From the IMG/VR virus record IMGVR_UViG_3300014613_000017, positions 32,001 to 96,000 of that record: a stretch of 64,000 nucleotides of DNA. The stretch is one strand, 5' to 3'. Below, one piece after another: positions 1-9,409 of the stretch. Within the stretch, counting starts at the first letter, position 1. Every line of letters begins with the position of its first letter. Under the pieces are notes generated by a model. That model was not told the DNA's origin. It did not search any database and saw only the letters and a program-made list of their open reading frames with translations. The position numbers were made by a program, and so were the translations under genes. The stretch comes from a virus.

Positions 1-662
1 ACCATAGTTATAGAATTAATATCTAAAGAGCTGTATTTAAGACCTTTGATTTTGCCATGTCCACTTGCATTATAGATTTTAATTTCACCTTCATACTCTA
101 ATGCGACTCTTATTTTCTCAAGATGAGAGGCATCGGACTCCTGAAGATTTATTTTTAAAAGGTGTTTCCTGTGCTTACCTCTTTCATCTATTATTGTGCT
201 AGTATAAATACAACCATCAGCAGCAATAAATCCTAGTATATAAGCCATTTCAGATGACCAAGTTTTAAAGTAATCTTCATTAAGATTGTGTTTTCTGTAA
301 ACAAAAGTTTCATCAATTAGCTCTTTTATTTCACTTCTACTTCTAGTTTTAATACCAAGCTCTTCAAGAACTCTTTTTACTGTTTGATCGTTGTAACCAA
401 ACTTTATAGCAATATCTTGAAGCGTTTGTCTCTGTTCAACATACATTTTAACTACTTCTTCTTCATGACTATCACGTAGTCTTTCCCATTTTTCCTGTCT
501 AGGAACTCCTAGTTTGCTTGACCAGTTTTGAATGGCTGAGTAACTACATCCTAATTCTTTGGCTACTTGACTGTTTGTTTTATCCTCAACTATTAGCATC
601 TGATATAGAATTTCTCTGTTTTGATACAAAGGGAGGTCTTCACTGAATTGCTCGATTGTCAC
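1..662 (-). CDS. LAGLIDADG-family homing endonuclease with N-terminal HTH repeats (partial, runs off the window)
   Basis: Manual translation from GTG at 662 (RBS AAAGGGG): VTIEQFSEDLPLY...QVAKELGCSYSAIQNW...NEDYFKTWSSEMAYILGFIAADGCI; not in the ORF track. Confidence 0.85.
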   Translation of the reverse strand, partial: MTIEQFSEDLPLYQNREILYQMLIVEDKTNSQVAKELGCSYSAIQNWSSKLGVPRQEKWERLRDSHEEEVVKMYVEQRQTLQDIAIKFGYNDQTVKRVLEELGIKTRSRSEIKELIDETFVYRKHNLNEDYFKTWSSEMAYILGFIAADGCIYTSTIIDERGKHRKHLLKINLQESDASHLEKIRVALEYEGEIKIYNASGHGKIKGLKYSSLDINSITM

Positions 663-734
663 TACCCCTTTCCAGAAGAAGAGATATCTCTTCCTCTGAT
701 TATTTTGATTATAATTTACTAATTAAACTATTTT

Positions 735-1715
735 TTAAAACAAATCTCCTAAGTCAACAGGAAGGTCAGTTTTCTTAGTTTCAGATTTAGCGTCGTCACC
801 AAATCCACCACGATTTTGATTAGTTGAATTATTGCTTTGTTGCTCTTTAGATTTAGTTTTAAGTTGCTCTAGGAATACTTCTCGTTTAACTAAAGCGTCT
901 TTGACTAAACTAATGTCGAATGCTTTGTTGCTGTCTTCGTCAATCAATGTAGCACCAGAAATCAAATACTCAAGAATGTAGTCATATGATTCAGTTTCAC
1001 GATTTTCACCAAAGCCCATTTCTTCTACTTTAACTGTGACTTTACGGAAGTTAACAATGTTACCGTATAGCTTAATTGATGATCCTTTTTGGAAATTTGA
1101 TTCAATATAGTCACGTCCACGTTCTGGAGCTACTAAATCAAATGGCATCACCGCCCCACTATAATTTGGAACAAGCACAGACATTTTCACGCGCCCTGTC
1201 TCTTCATCCCCACTCATTTCAGGCTTAACTGATTGTACAATTGCCTCTAGATCAAACTCAGCTTTAGGTTGGTAGTTCGCTACATCCTTAACTTCTGAGA
1301 TGAAATCAATGTTAATTTGGTTGTATTTCTTATGCTCGTCATTGTCATTGAAGAATTCATTTAGCGATAAATTACCTTTAACTTCTACTTTTGTAGGAGA
1401 TAATTCACCTTCTTTAGCTTCACCTTTATCAATTAAGTTAGCAATATCTGCAACTGATAAATAACGATTAGCAGCCGTTTGCATACCTGTAAATGATTTA
1501 GATACTGCACCAGCTTTAGTTAATTCTTTTTTAAAGAATCGAGCAGTGTGTACTTCATTTTCACCAGTACGTATAGAGAACGATCCAGTAGCTGCATTGT
1601 ATTTAGCACCTGTGTTTTTATCTGTGAACTCTTTTATCTCAAAATTCTTTTCTACTACTTCTCCTACTAATTTTACCTCGTTTAGTGCTTGGCGTAACTG
1701 AGTTGCGTTTGTCAT
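735..1715 (-). CDS. ssb: Single-stranded DNA-binding protein (tandem OB-fold type)
   Basis: N-terminal NEVKLVGEV OB-like start, second OB-like repeat, low-complexity linker, acidic-aromatic tail ...DLGDLF. Confidence 0.65.
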   Translation of the reverse strand: MTNATQLRQALNEVKLVGEVVEKNFEIKEFTDKNTGAKYNAATGSFSIRTGENEVHTARFFKKELTKAGAVSKSFTGMQTAANRYLSVADIANLIDKGEAKEGELSPTKVEVKGNLSLNEFFNDNDEHKKYNQINIDFISEVKDVANYQPKAEFDLEAIVQSVKPEMSGDEETGRVKMSVLVPNYSGAVMPFDLVAPERGRDYIESNFQKGSSIKLYGNIVNFRKVTVKVEEMGFGENRETESYDYILEYLISGATLIDEDSNKAFDISLVKDALVKREVFLEQLKTKSKEQQSNNSTNQNRGGFGDDAKSETKKTDLPVDLGDLF

Positions 1716-1791
1716 TGAATAATACTCCCCTTTTTCTCGATTGTTTTTTTGTTTTTTGTTAATGTAAGCGACTTAGAAAAAATCTCTTACA

Positions 1792-1829
1792 TTACTAACT
1801 ATATACATTAAATCCTTATTTATCAATAG
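1792..1829 (-). promoter_or_regulatory. Conserved sigmaA-like promoter (TTGATA-N17-TATAGT class) upstream of ssb
   Basis: CTATTGATAAATAAGGATTTAATGTATATAGTTAGTAA; near-identical to 42797-42834 and 38821-38858. Confidence 0.7.
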
Positions 1830-1850
1830 TAAAACTAATATAATTATAAT

Positions 1851-2465
1851 TTATTTATTTGACTTGTATTTTTCACAGATTGGCTCATTAATTGAACCTA
1901 TCTCTTCTCTAACTGTCCCGATTTGTGAATCCACAAGGATAGAACATCTTCCTTTAAGATACCTTGTACAGTCATTACACCTTAATTCAAATTGGTCGGC
2001 TTCTTCTTGATCCTTAAATATCCCTACAAAATCAACTGGTGTTAATGTTACTTCTACTCTAGGATTCTTTGAATCATATACAATCCTCTGAGTTCTAACT
2101 AATACTCGTGAATCATTGTCATAAGCAATACCTTCTAATGTATCATTAAGAAGTTTATAAATGTTATTATCGTCACTGCCACGTCTAGCAAAATGAATCA
2201 CAGCATCTTGATATACGTAATTCTCTTTTGTCCATTCATAATCCCATTCTTGGCTTTCCATCTGCTGTTTTGCAGCGTCTGCTATTTCTTGTTTTCTCTT
2301 CTCGCCTTGTTTAGATAATATCCTAGCTCCAGTCATCTCACGCTTCCTAGTTTTAGGATTGTAAGCGAACTGATTAATATACAATGCGTTTATTGATGTT
2401 GGAACAGGTAGGATTAATTCTAATCTCAATCTCTCACCTACTTTCGCTTTAGCTGTAGTTGCCAC
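1851..2465 (-). CDS. rusA: RusA-like Holliday junction resolvase with C-terminal Cys cluster
   Basis: PTSINALY start and SDDNNIYKLLNDTLEGIAYDNDSRV matching the RusA D-x-D-N-x-x-K...D-x-L...DD motif; CNDC...C...C tail. Confidence 0.75.
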   Translation of the reverse strand: MATTAKAKVGERLRLELILPVPTSINALYINQFAYNPKTRKREMTGARILSKQGEKRKQEIADAAKQQMESQEWDYEWTKENYVYQDAVIHFARRGSDDNNIYKLLNDTLEGIAYDNDSRVLVRTQRIVYDSKNPRVEVTLTPVDFVGIFKDQEEADQFELRCNDCTRYLKGRCSILVDSQIGTVREEIGSINEPICEKYKSNK

Positions 2466-2698
2466 TTATCTTGCGACAAATATTTCAATTCTCCATCCTT
2501 AATAAATAATCTAATATTATTAACTGCTTCTTCGAAACTTCCAAACTCCTCATAGAAGTCCTTTCCACAAAAGCTAACTAAGGCAATCTTAGGACGTTCC
2601 ACGAATAGAAAAAACGTATCTTCGTCAACATCTCTAAACATATCGCCATAATGGTAGTACGCCTCATTAATATCTTCTTCTTCAATTAGAATCTTCAC
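2438..2698 (-). CDS. Hypothetical phage protein
   Basis: ORF translationally coupled to its neighbours. Confidence 0.6.
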   Translation of the reverse strand: MKILIEEEDINEAYYHYGDMFRDVDEDTFFLFVERPKIALVSFCGKDFYEEFGSFEEAVNNIRLFIKDGELKYLSQDKWQLQLKRK

Positions 2699-3036
2699 TA
2701 TTCAATATTCACCTCAACTTTCTCTTTTAGCACACTAGCAATCTCTTCCTTCAATCTCTCAATACTCTCTCCCAAATGTTTTAATTCAGACACACCTTCA
2801 TCAGTAAACATCTCATGCTTAACCAGCCATTCAGCTAAATGATCTAATGTCCGAAAGTATCCTAAATCTCTCCACCCTATTTCTCCAGACAAGTCAGCAA
2901 ACTTCCCTTTATCTGTTCTCTTCTCATATCGTTCACGTAAAATAATATTAAGCTTGTCAGTATCAATCGCATACTTTTCACTTAGTCTTATCTTATAATC
3001 AGGCTTAGTTACTTTATCTTCAGCTACTTCTGTCAT
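2698..3036 (-). CDS. Hypothetical phage protein
   Basis: ORF with RBS, coupled in operon. Confidence 0.65.
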   Translation of the reverse strand: MTEVAEDKVTKPDYKIRLSEKYAIDTDKLNIILRERYEKRTDKGKFADLSGEIGWRDLGYFRTLDHLAEWLVKHEMFTDEGVSELKHLGESIERLKEEIASVLKEKVEVNIE

Positions 3037-3335
3037 AGGTTTAATCTCTCCTCCATTTCTGATGCATCAATTAATTCATCATACTTCTCTTGTAATTCCA
3101 TGTAGGCGAATTCTAATTGATGATATTTATTCTTAGTGAACATCATATGGGAATCAGCTTCATGTGCAAGTCGTATCAGCTTCTCCATCAATTCAACTAT
3201 CCTGTGCAACTGCAAGAAATCATATTCAGCTACTTTAATTTCTTTGCTACCTTGCTGTTCTTCAAGAAGATTATTCAAGTCGCTTTTTAAGATGATAATA
3301 ATTTCTTCTTCTAATCGAGTAATAAACTTACTCAC
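3033..3335 (-). CDS. Hypothetical coiled-coil protein
   Basis: ORF with GAGGTG RBS, overlapping stop/start. Confidence 0.6.
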   Translation of the reverse strand: MSKFITRLEEEIIIILKSDLNNLLEEQQGSKEIKVAEYDFLQLHRIVELMEKLIRLAHEADSHMMFTKNKYHQLEFAYMELQEKYDELIDASEMEERLNL

Positions 3336-3344
3336 TTTTACACC

Positions 3345-3596
3345 TCAATCCCAAAAGTTGTCAGCTAATTCTTTAAACTTAGTTTCCACTTCTTTAATTT
3401 CACTGTGTCGTTCAGCCCAATAAATCAGCTCAGTTGTCTTATCTAATGTTGAATACACAACTTCAAATGTAGTCAGATTTCCTTTAATCTTATCTACGCT
3501 GTTCATAAGACTAGTGCTCAGCGCCCCATGCTTCTCTTTCATAAAGCTAACAAACTTGTTTATTCGTCTAATCAGAATATCTTCATCGCATGTCAT
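3345..3596 (-). CDS. Hypothetical phage protein
   Basis: ORF in co-oriented array. Confidence 0.6.
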   Translation of the reverse strand: MTCDEDILIRRINKFVSFMKEKHGALSTSLMNSVDKIKGNLTTFEVVYSTLDKTTELIYWAERHSEIKEVETKFKELADNFWD

Positions 3597-3611
3597 TTAA
3601 TACTTCCACTC

Positions 3612-3869
3612 CTAGATAGGCTTATTGGCTTCAAACATTCGCATAGACTCACTGATTAATTGAGCTGCTAAAATACGCTCATTTAAATCATCTGTTTCTT
3701 CATCATCTAAATATGATCGTGTTAGATATAGCTCAAGTAGTAAATTCCGAATCGTTTTAATCGAGAAATTCATATCATCGAATTGCAATGTGCCGAAATA
3801 TACGTTCTTTTCCATTTCACCAAGTCTATTTAGAATTTCCGTCTCATCTGATAAGGCTAGTCTTGTCAT
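3612..3869 (-). CDS. Hypothetical phage protein
   Basis: ORF in co-oriented array, ATGA overlap. Confidence 0.6.
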   Translation of the reverse strand: MTRLALSDETEILNRLGEMEKNVYFGTLQFDDMNFSIKTIRNLLLELYLTRSYLDDEETDDLNERILAAQLISESMRMFEANKPI

Positions 3870-4060
3870 CGTTTGAAAACATCTCCCACTTTTAGTTTTT
3901 TGGCTTTGCTTAGTTTGTCGAATGTCACAATGGATTCAATAACATGACCATCACCCATCATCTCGACTTGTACGCCCCAGTAGACTATTGTTATAGAATC
4001 GAGTTTCAATTCCATCTGCTGAGGCTTCCCTTTGACTTTAGTGACGTAATACGGTTTCAT
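3866..4060 (-). CDS. Hypothetical phage protein
   Basis: AAGGAG RBS. Confidence 0.6.
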   Translation of the reverse strand: MKPYYVTKVKGKPQQMELKLDSITIVYWGVQVEMMGDGHVIESIVTFDKLSKAKKLKVGDVFKR

Positions 4061-4092
4061 ATGTTTCTCCTTAATTTAATGCTTATAATTTA

Positions 4093-4368
4093 TTAATTTG
4101 ATAATTCTTCAACATCGGCAAACATAACAGTATTAAATTGCTTGTTAGGCAGCTCCAAAAACTCAACTGTAGAGCTACTACGATCAACAAAGATTTCCTT
4201 TACTGTCAGTAGTTGATTTTCATAGAAGTATTTGTTTGCTACCTCTCTTTGTATGTCATAGCCATTTTTATTCAGATAGACTACTTTTCTTCCCAATGGT
4301 GGCTCTTCTGTTTTATATCTCTTTTTGTTGTTGATTTGATAGGTAGTAATTCCGCCATCCAATCTCAT
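4093..4368 (-). CDS. Hypothetical phage protein
   Basis: AGAAAGG RBS. Confidence 0.6.
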   Translation of the reverse strand: MRLDGGITTYQINNKKRYKTEEPPLGRKVVYLNKNGYDIQREVANKYFYENQLLTVKEIFVDRSSSTVEFLELPNKQFNTVMFADVEELSN

Positions 4369-4409
4369 TGATTCTCAACCTTTCTAAATAAAATTGAACT
4401 TTTAGCAGT

Positions 4410-4691
4410 TTAAATTTCTTCCCAAATTTCAGTCTTTAAAATTTTCACAAAGTCGCCATTGAGCATATCACGCATATCTTGAGCAGTGTCCACATTTTTT
4501 CCTGCCTTGTCATCCCACAAGTATTTTGGTGCTACACGTACTCCATCAATACGGTTAAATTGCTTAGCATGTGAAATTTGCTTTGTAAATGAGTAATTCT
4601 GTAAATCATCTCCGTGGCAATCCTCCCAAACATCCCATAAGTAGCCTTCCTCATTCTTGAAAACAAATGTTTGTCGTGTTTTAGCTTCCAA
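4410..4691 (-). CDS. Hypothetical phage protein (cassette-like unit)
   Basis: AGGAGG RBS; flanked by junction sites 4389 and 4707. Confidence 0.65.
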   Translation of the reverse strand: MEAKTRQTFVFKNEEGYLWDVWEDCHGDDLQNYSFTKQISHAKQFNRIDGVRVAPKYLWDDKAGKNVDTAQDMRDMLNGDFVKILKTEIWEEI

Positions 4692-4719
4692 TGATTACAC
4701 CTCCTATAAAACTCGTCTT

Positions 4720-4923
4720 TTATGTGTTACTGATATTTATAAAGTCTAAAACTTCAACTTTCTTTTTGTCGGCAATTGATTCAAAAAAATCTGCCTTTTC
4801 ATCACTAGCTAGACTGCTGAACAATTTGTTTTGGATCAAAAATAGTTCTCCAATAGCATTTACATAGTCACCATCATCAATTTCATACGTCACTTTTTCG
4901 TAAGAAATAACTTTCATTTTCAT
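4720..4923 (-). CDS. Hypothetical phage protein (cassette-like unit)
   Basis: RBS; stop codon lies in junction site 4707. Confidence 0.65.
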   Translation of the reverse strand: MKMKVISYEKVTYEIDDGDYVNAIGELFLIQNKLFSSLASDEKADFFESIADKKKVEVLDFINISNT

Positions 4924-4948
4924 CTCTCCTCCTTATAAAACCTCTATT

Positions 4949-5191
4949 TTACCCCTCATATGCTTTCAGTATGGCTGCCCTAGCTTTGTCTTGTTCTTCA
5001 TCAGAACTATCAATACTCTCAAACAAGTTACATCCAAAATCAGCTTCAGTTTCAATCCAATCGACTGATCCTCCATCCCAACCAAGATCAAGCTCTATGT
5101 CAATCTTATCTTGTATCTTGTAACACTTTCCGTAGCCATATCCGTTGTCGATATACTTCCAATGTTTGCAGACATCACATCTTTGTCTCAT
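4949..5191 (-). CDS. Hypothetical Cys-containing phage protein
   Basis: CDVCKHW...C motif; stop in site 4936. Confidence 0.65.
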   Translation of the reverse strand: MRQRCDVCKHWKYIDNGYGYGKCYKIQDKIDIELDLGWDGGSVDWIETEADFGCNLFESIDSSDEEQDKARAAILKAYEG

Positions 5192-5240
5192 TTCAATCCC
5201 CCTTGCTTAAAGCTAAATTTATTCATTAAAAAATCTGACT

Positions 5241-5639
5241 TTATTTTAAAGTTCCCAACATTGCGTCACGAATCTTATCTGCTTCTTGTTTTGCTACATC
5301 CTTGATTGCTTGGCTTACTTGGTTCATTGATTGCTTTGTGACAAGATTGCTGACTTCCTGAATAGACTGCTTGTGAAGTTTTTCAACTGCCTTATTGACA
5401 ATTCGATCTTGCATTCCTGTTGTATTTAGTTGCTCAGAGAGCGTACTTGTAATTTGATTGGCTACTGATTGTTTAATACTTTTGGCTGCTTCCTCAACTG
5501 TTGAATTCCAACCTCCCATATTTTGAAGGATTCTGCTGGTGACTTCATTTACAATTGACTGTCTTACTTCATTCTTGAAATCTTCTTCTGTGTAATACTC
5601 ATCGTACATGTCATATTCAACTTGCATATTAAATTTCAA
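5241..5639 (-). CDS. Hypothetical helical protein
   Basis: GGAGG RBS; upstream TTGACA-N18-TATAAT promoter at ~5671-5700. Confidence 0.65.
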   Translation of the reverse strand: MKFNMQVEYDMYDEYYTEEDFKNEVRQSIVNEVTSRILQNMGGWNSTVEEAAKSIKQSVANQITSTLSEQLNTTGMQDRIVNKAVEKLHKQSIQEVSNLVTKQSMNQVSQAIKDVAKQEADKIRDAMLGTLK

Positions 5640-5743
5640 ATTCTTACCTCCTCTTCCATATCTACTTTTGATTATAATTTACTATTATATAAGATGTCAA
5701 CAGTTATAATTTATTTATTTTCAATTCAAATAAAAATCCTCTT

Positions 5744-6061
5744 TTATCTTGATTGAGGGGTAATTAAATCGTCAGGATTGTGCAAATCCTCAAATCCAAT
5801 TCCTTCTTCAACCATCCGTTTCAACTTCGAATTTTCCTCTTTTAGAACATATATGTCATTTATTAGAGCTAGGAAGAACCTGTCTCCTTGTGGACTTCCC
5901 CAAACTTCACCATTTACTGTAATACCTATGGGACTGCTTCCGTATTTGCTATAAGACTTTTTATATTCAATTACTTTACCGTTGTGATAAGTTTTATAAT
6001 ACAAGTCTTCCAAGTTATTAACCTCCCAATAAAAACTGCCTTTTATTTCTGATCGAATCAA
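5744..6061 (-). CDS. Hypothetical phage protein
   Basis: ORF; stop in site 5731. Confidence 0.6.
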   Translation of the reverse strand: MIRSEIKGSFYWEVNNLEDLYYKTYHNGKVIEYKKSYSKYGSSPIGITVNGEVWGSPQGDRFFLALINDIYVLKEENSKLKRMVEEGIGFEDLHNPDDLITPQSR

Positions 6062-6462
6062 GGATTTACGAATACTGCGTCAATTTCTTTACGATACCGC
6101 TCGAAAATTGCTTCAGTAATAAATTCAATTTCAGCCTCTACTTCACGAAATTCGTCCGTATCAGTCAATCCTGCAATCTTCAACTGGTAATATTCTTCTA
6201 ATAATCGTTCCAGTTCTGCTTGCTCTTCTGCAATCTTTGGCTCTAATGCGGTTTTCATTTGACTTGTTATATCAGTATTTGCAATTAATTCATTCTTCTT
6301 ATCAAATCCTGTTCCACCAATGTCTCTACTTGCTTGGCTAATAACTTCAGTTGTCCATGAAGTTGTTGCTCCAATTTTACTTCCAATAAAGAATGTTCCA
6401 ATAAGGACTGCTACTGCTAGTAATGCGATCAATAATTTCTTTTTCATGTATGATTTCCCCAT
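6058..6462 (-). CDS. Secreted or membrane-anchored protein
   Basis: MKKKLLIALLAVAVLIGTFFIG signal/TM segment. Confidence 0.65.
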   Translation of the reverse strand: MGKSYMKKKLLIALLAVAVLIGTFFIGSKIGATTSWTTEVISQASRDIGGTGFDKKNELIANTDITSQMKTALEPKIAEEQAELERLLEEYYQLKIAGLTDTDEFREVEAEIEFITEAIFERYRKEIDAVFVNP

Positions 6463-6506
6463 TTTTAATTTATTTTTTTACCGCCCTATATGGTTGTACT
6501 GTGACG

Positions 6507-6704
6507 CTAAACATTTACTTTTTGAAGATACTTGGTTGCGAATGAGCCACTAAATCCTTTTAGCATTACTACTGTGTAATCGTGATTTGGGTGATGTTTA
6601 AACTCATTACTATCACAAGTCCAAACCTTCCCATCATTCACTTCTGCCTCAATGGAAGTGTGCATTACAACCTTATCTCCTTTATACAAAGGCTTTACGC
6701 TCAT
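6507..6704 (-). CDS. Small hypothetical phage protein
   Basis: GGAGG RBS. Confidence 0.65.
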   Translation of the reverse strand: MSVKPLYKGDKVVMHTSIEAEVNDGKVWTCDSNEFKHHPNHDYTVVMLKGFSGSFATKYLQKVNV

Positions 6705-6821
6705 TGACTTTCCTCCTTCGCTTTAAGTTCTCCACATAAACAATAAACCATATTTACATTCTCTTTATTCACTTTAGTTGACTCCTTTACATTGTTTATT
6801 AGAGTATTTTCGAACTGTTGA

Positions 6822-7055
6822 TTAGTCATTACACCACCAATCAGCAGATTCTGTTGGTGCGTATACTGTAATTTCATAACCTTTTTCTCGCATCACAGTT
6901 TCAAACTCTTTAGGAGTAAACTTACTCGTATCTGAATCAAAGTTCTTTCCACATTGAAATTTATGGCTTTCTGTGCTAAATGTCTCCCAATCCATATTCG
7001 TTACCGCAAACCCAACTGTACCGTTTTTCCCACTCCACCAATCAAAAACATTCAT
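6822..7055 (-). CDS. Hypothetical phage protein
   Basis: GAGGTG RBS. Confidence 0.6.
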   Translation of the reverse strand: MNVFDWWSGKNGTVGFAVTNMDWETFSTESHKFQCGKNFDSDTSKFTPKEFETVMREKGYEITVYAPTESADWWCND

Positions 7056-7115
7056 TATTTCACCTCTTTTTAGTTCACAGTTTAAGTCAACTGTGCGATA
7101 AAACTCAACTTTTAA

Positions 7116-7403
7116 TTACCAACCACTTTCTCGCATTGCGTTACCAATTGTATTCGAAAGTTGATAAGAAATGCTGTCAACAATCGCATCTTTCCAAGTG
7201 TCAGCGTCATATTGAATATGTGTTTTAATTTCAACCTCTAGTTCATTTTCTTTTGCTTTTAAATATTCCATTATTGCAGCATTCATTGAGCTTTTATATG
7301 CCTCTTTAATAGCATCTCTACCGAATGTCTTCAGCTTGTTTTCAACTTGAAGTTTTACTTCCTTCTGAATCAGCTCTTCAATTTTGTTTTCATCAATAAT
7401 CAT
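7116..7403 (-). CDS. Hypothetical helical protein (cassette-like unit)
   Basis: GGAGG RBS; between sites 7099 and 7419. Confidence 0.65.
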   Translation of the reverse strand: MIIDENKIEELIQKEVKLQVENKLKTFGRDAIKEAYKSSMNAAIMEYLKAKENELEVEIKTHIQYDADTWKDAIVDSISYQLSNTIGNAMRESGW

Positions 7404-7431
7404 GCCCTAACCTCCATTTAAAAGTTTGATT

Positions 7432-7824
7432 TTACTCTTCTTCATCGTCCTCACAATTTGCATATATGCTTCCACCTTGCTCTTCGATCTGCTCAGGTGT
7501 CATTCCAGCTTCTATATCAATTTCACCTGTTTCTTTCCATTTATCAAAGGTTACTTGGGGGTAGTAGGGATTATATCTGTCAGCAGACCACCCATCAGGA
7601 ACTAAAGCAAATGTTCTTACTATATCTGTTAGACAGTCCTCGCACAAATCAAATGACCAAGATTCCATATCATACCTGCTACCATATCCAAATGAACAAC
7701 CAAATTGTTGAAATAACACCTCACCCCACATTTCTTTGGAGGATTCTTTTTTACATTTATTGCACTTCACATTAACTATTTTAGTTTCATGGATTACTCT
7801 TTCTTTTGTTTCGTATTCTCTCAT
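7432..7824 (-). CDS. Zinc-binding hypothetical protein (cassette-like unit)
   Basis: CNKC...LCEDC; between sites 7419 and 7840. Confidence 0.7.
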   Translation of the reverse strand: MREYETKERVIHETKIVNVKCNKCKKESSKEMWGEVLFQQFGCSFGYGSRYDMESWSFDLCEDCLTDIVRTFALVPDGWSADRYNPYYPQVTFDKWKETGEIDIEAGMTPEQIEEQGGSIYANCEDDEEE

Positions 7825-7864
7825 GGATTCCCCTCCTATTAAAACGAGTGTTTTAAGTTATAAT

Positions 7865-8053
7865 TTATTGATAACTCCAACCTTCAAAATTACCTGTTAG
7901 AAAGTTATCTATGAAATGCTGCTCACAATCTTCACAGGTGTAAATATCTCCTGTATGCTGTCCGACACTTGCTCGGTAAGTTTCCATGTTGCTGTAGGTT
8001 GTATCTGTTATTTCCATTTCTTTATCACAGCTCAAGCAATTCATTTTGATCAC
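7865..8053 (-). CDS. Small zinc-ribbon protein
   Basis: CLSC...CEDC. Confidence 0.65.
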   Translation of the reverse strand: MIKMNCLSCDKEMEITDTTYSNMETYRASVGQHTGDIYTCEDCEQHFIDNFLTGNFEGWSYQ

Positions 8054-8064
8054 CTTTCTTCAAG

Positions 8065-8463
8065 TTATTTAAGCTTAACTCTAAGCTCCCAAATTTGATT
8101 CCACTCGACATTTTTCAGGTGTTCTGGAGTTTCTCCTTCATATAACTTAATGTCATTTGCATTAGTGCCGACATATTCGTTATTTTCAGAGTAATGTACT
8201 CGATACATATCTCTACCATCTTCATCTATTCCATCGCAATCATAGTGTCCGACTATTACACCAATATCTCCACCGTCTAGACCAAACCATGAGTCAGAAC
8301 GAGAAGCATCTTTTTTGAAAACTACATCTCCATAGTTAAAACTTTTCATAGACATCATAGCTGCATTTAGTTTTTGCTTCTCAACTCTTTTTAGATACTC
8401 AGTTAAAGCTTTGTCTATTACAGATAGCTCTTCATCTGACAGGTAATTATAATCCATATTCAC
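8065..8463 (-). CDS. Hypothetical phage protein
   Basis: ORF with RBS. Confidence 0.6.
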   Translation of the reverse strand: MNMDYNYLSDEELSVIDKALTEYLKRVEKQKLNAAMMSMKSFNYGDVVFKKDASRSDSWFGLDGGDIGVIVGHYDCDGIDEDGRDMYRVHYSENNEYVGTNANDIKLYEGETPEHLKNVEWNQIWELRVKLK

Positions 8464-8500
8464 TCCACATTCCTTTCTGTTTGTTGTTAAAAGAATAGTT

Positions 8501-8872
8501 TTAATTGCTATGTTTTAATAAAAATTCATCAACAGTCATGTACCATATATTCTCATCGTTTCCATCTGCAATGTCCTTATTGATCATTCTTAAGATTTCA
8601 CGTACATTTACATTTGATTTATTATTAACCTCTAAATCTCCCCAGTTAACTTTTGTTAGGTCTATTACATGATATGATCCTTCATCCTCAACAATATATG
8701 CTTCTTCGTCAACTTCAATTGTGAAATGGTTTTCTTGGCTATCCTTGTCTCCCCAAGCCCAAAACGAATCGCCTGATTTAAATAGGCTTCTTCCTGCTGA
8801 ACACGTAAACATTTTCACTGTATTTCCTCCCTTTAAAACAAGTAGTTTATTTGTTATTTTGCTTAACTTCAA
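8501..8872 (-). CDS. Hypothetical phage protein
   Basis: ORF; stop in site 8488. Confidence 0.6.
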   Translation of the reverse strand: MKLSKITNKLLVLKGGNTVKMFTCSAGRSLFKSGDSFWAWGDKDSQENHFTIEVDEEAYIVEDEGSYHVIDLTKVNWGDLEVNNKSNVNVREILRMINKDIADGNDENIWYMTVDEFLLKHSN

Positions 8873-9101
8873 TTAGTTTAAAGCGTGACAAACCTTCATC
8901 TCTAATTTGATTAAGTTTGTTGATTGTTTCTGTAATTTCTATAAGCCATTCACTGATCTCGTTCTCATCTGCTATCGAATCACTATTTTGGAAAGTACTT
9001 GCAATATGCTGAACATTTGTCTTTGTCGATACAATCTCATCAAAAAACTTTTGGTCGCTCAATACGTTATACAATTTCACTTTCATTTCCTCCATTTCCA
9101 T
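8847..9101 (-). CDS. Hypothetical phage protein
   Basis: ORF in array. Confidence 0.55.
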   Translation of the reverse strand: MEMEEMKVKLYNVLSDQKFFDEIVSTKTNVQHIASTFQNSDSIADENEISEWLIEITETINKLNQIRDEGLSRFKLIEVKQNNK

Positions 9102-9158
9102 TACTTAACTTCTTCTTATGATTATAATTGATTAATTAAAAGATTACAAGTGTTTTGT

Positions 9159-9383
9159 TTATTTATTTTTTAAAAGACTTCGCATAAATTCTACTTTGTC
9201 AGCTATATCTGCCATCTCTGCCACTTTAGCCTGTTTCCGTGCGTACTCAGGTGAAGCCATTTTAGTTATTAGTAGTAGCAATCCATCTATCATGTCTTGC
9301 TGTTTTTTAAATAAATCAGTTAACTGGCTGATCTGTTCAGTGTGCTGCTTAAGACTTCCATATATAAACTCTTGTTCGTTCAC
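9159..9383 (-). CDS. Hypothetical coiled-coil protein
   Basis: GGAGG RBS. Confidence 0.6.
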   Translation of the reverse strand: MNEQEFIYGSLKQHTEQISQLTDLFKKQQDMIDGLLLLITKMASPEYARKQAKVAEMADIADKVEFMRSLLKNK

Positions 9384-9409
9384 TCTATCCCTCCATTAAA
9401 ATTAGACAT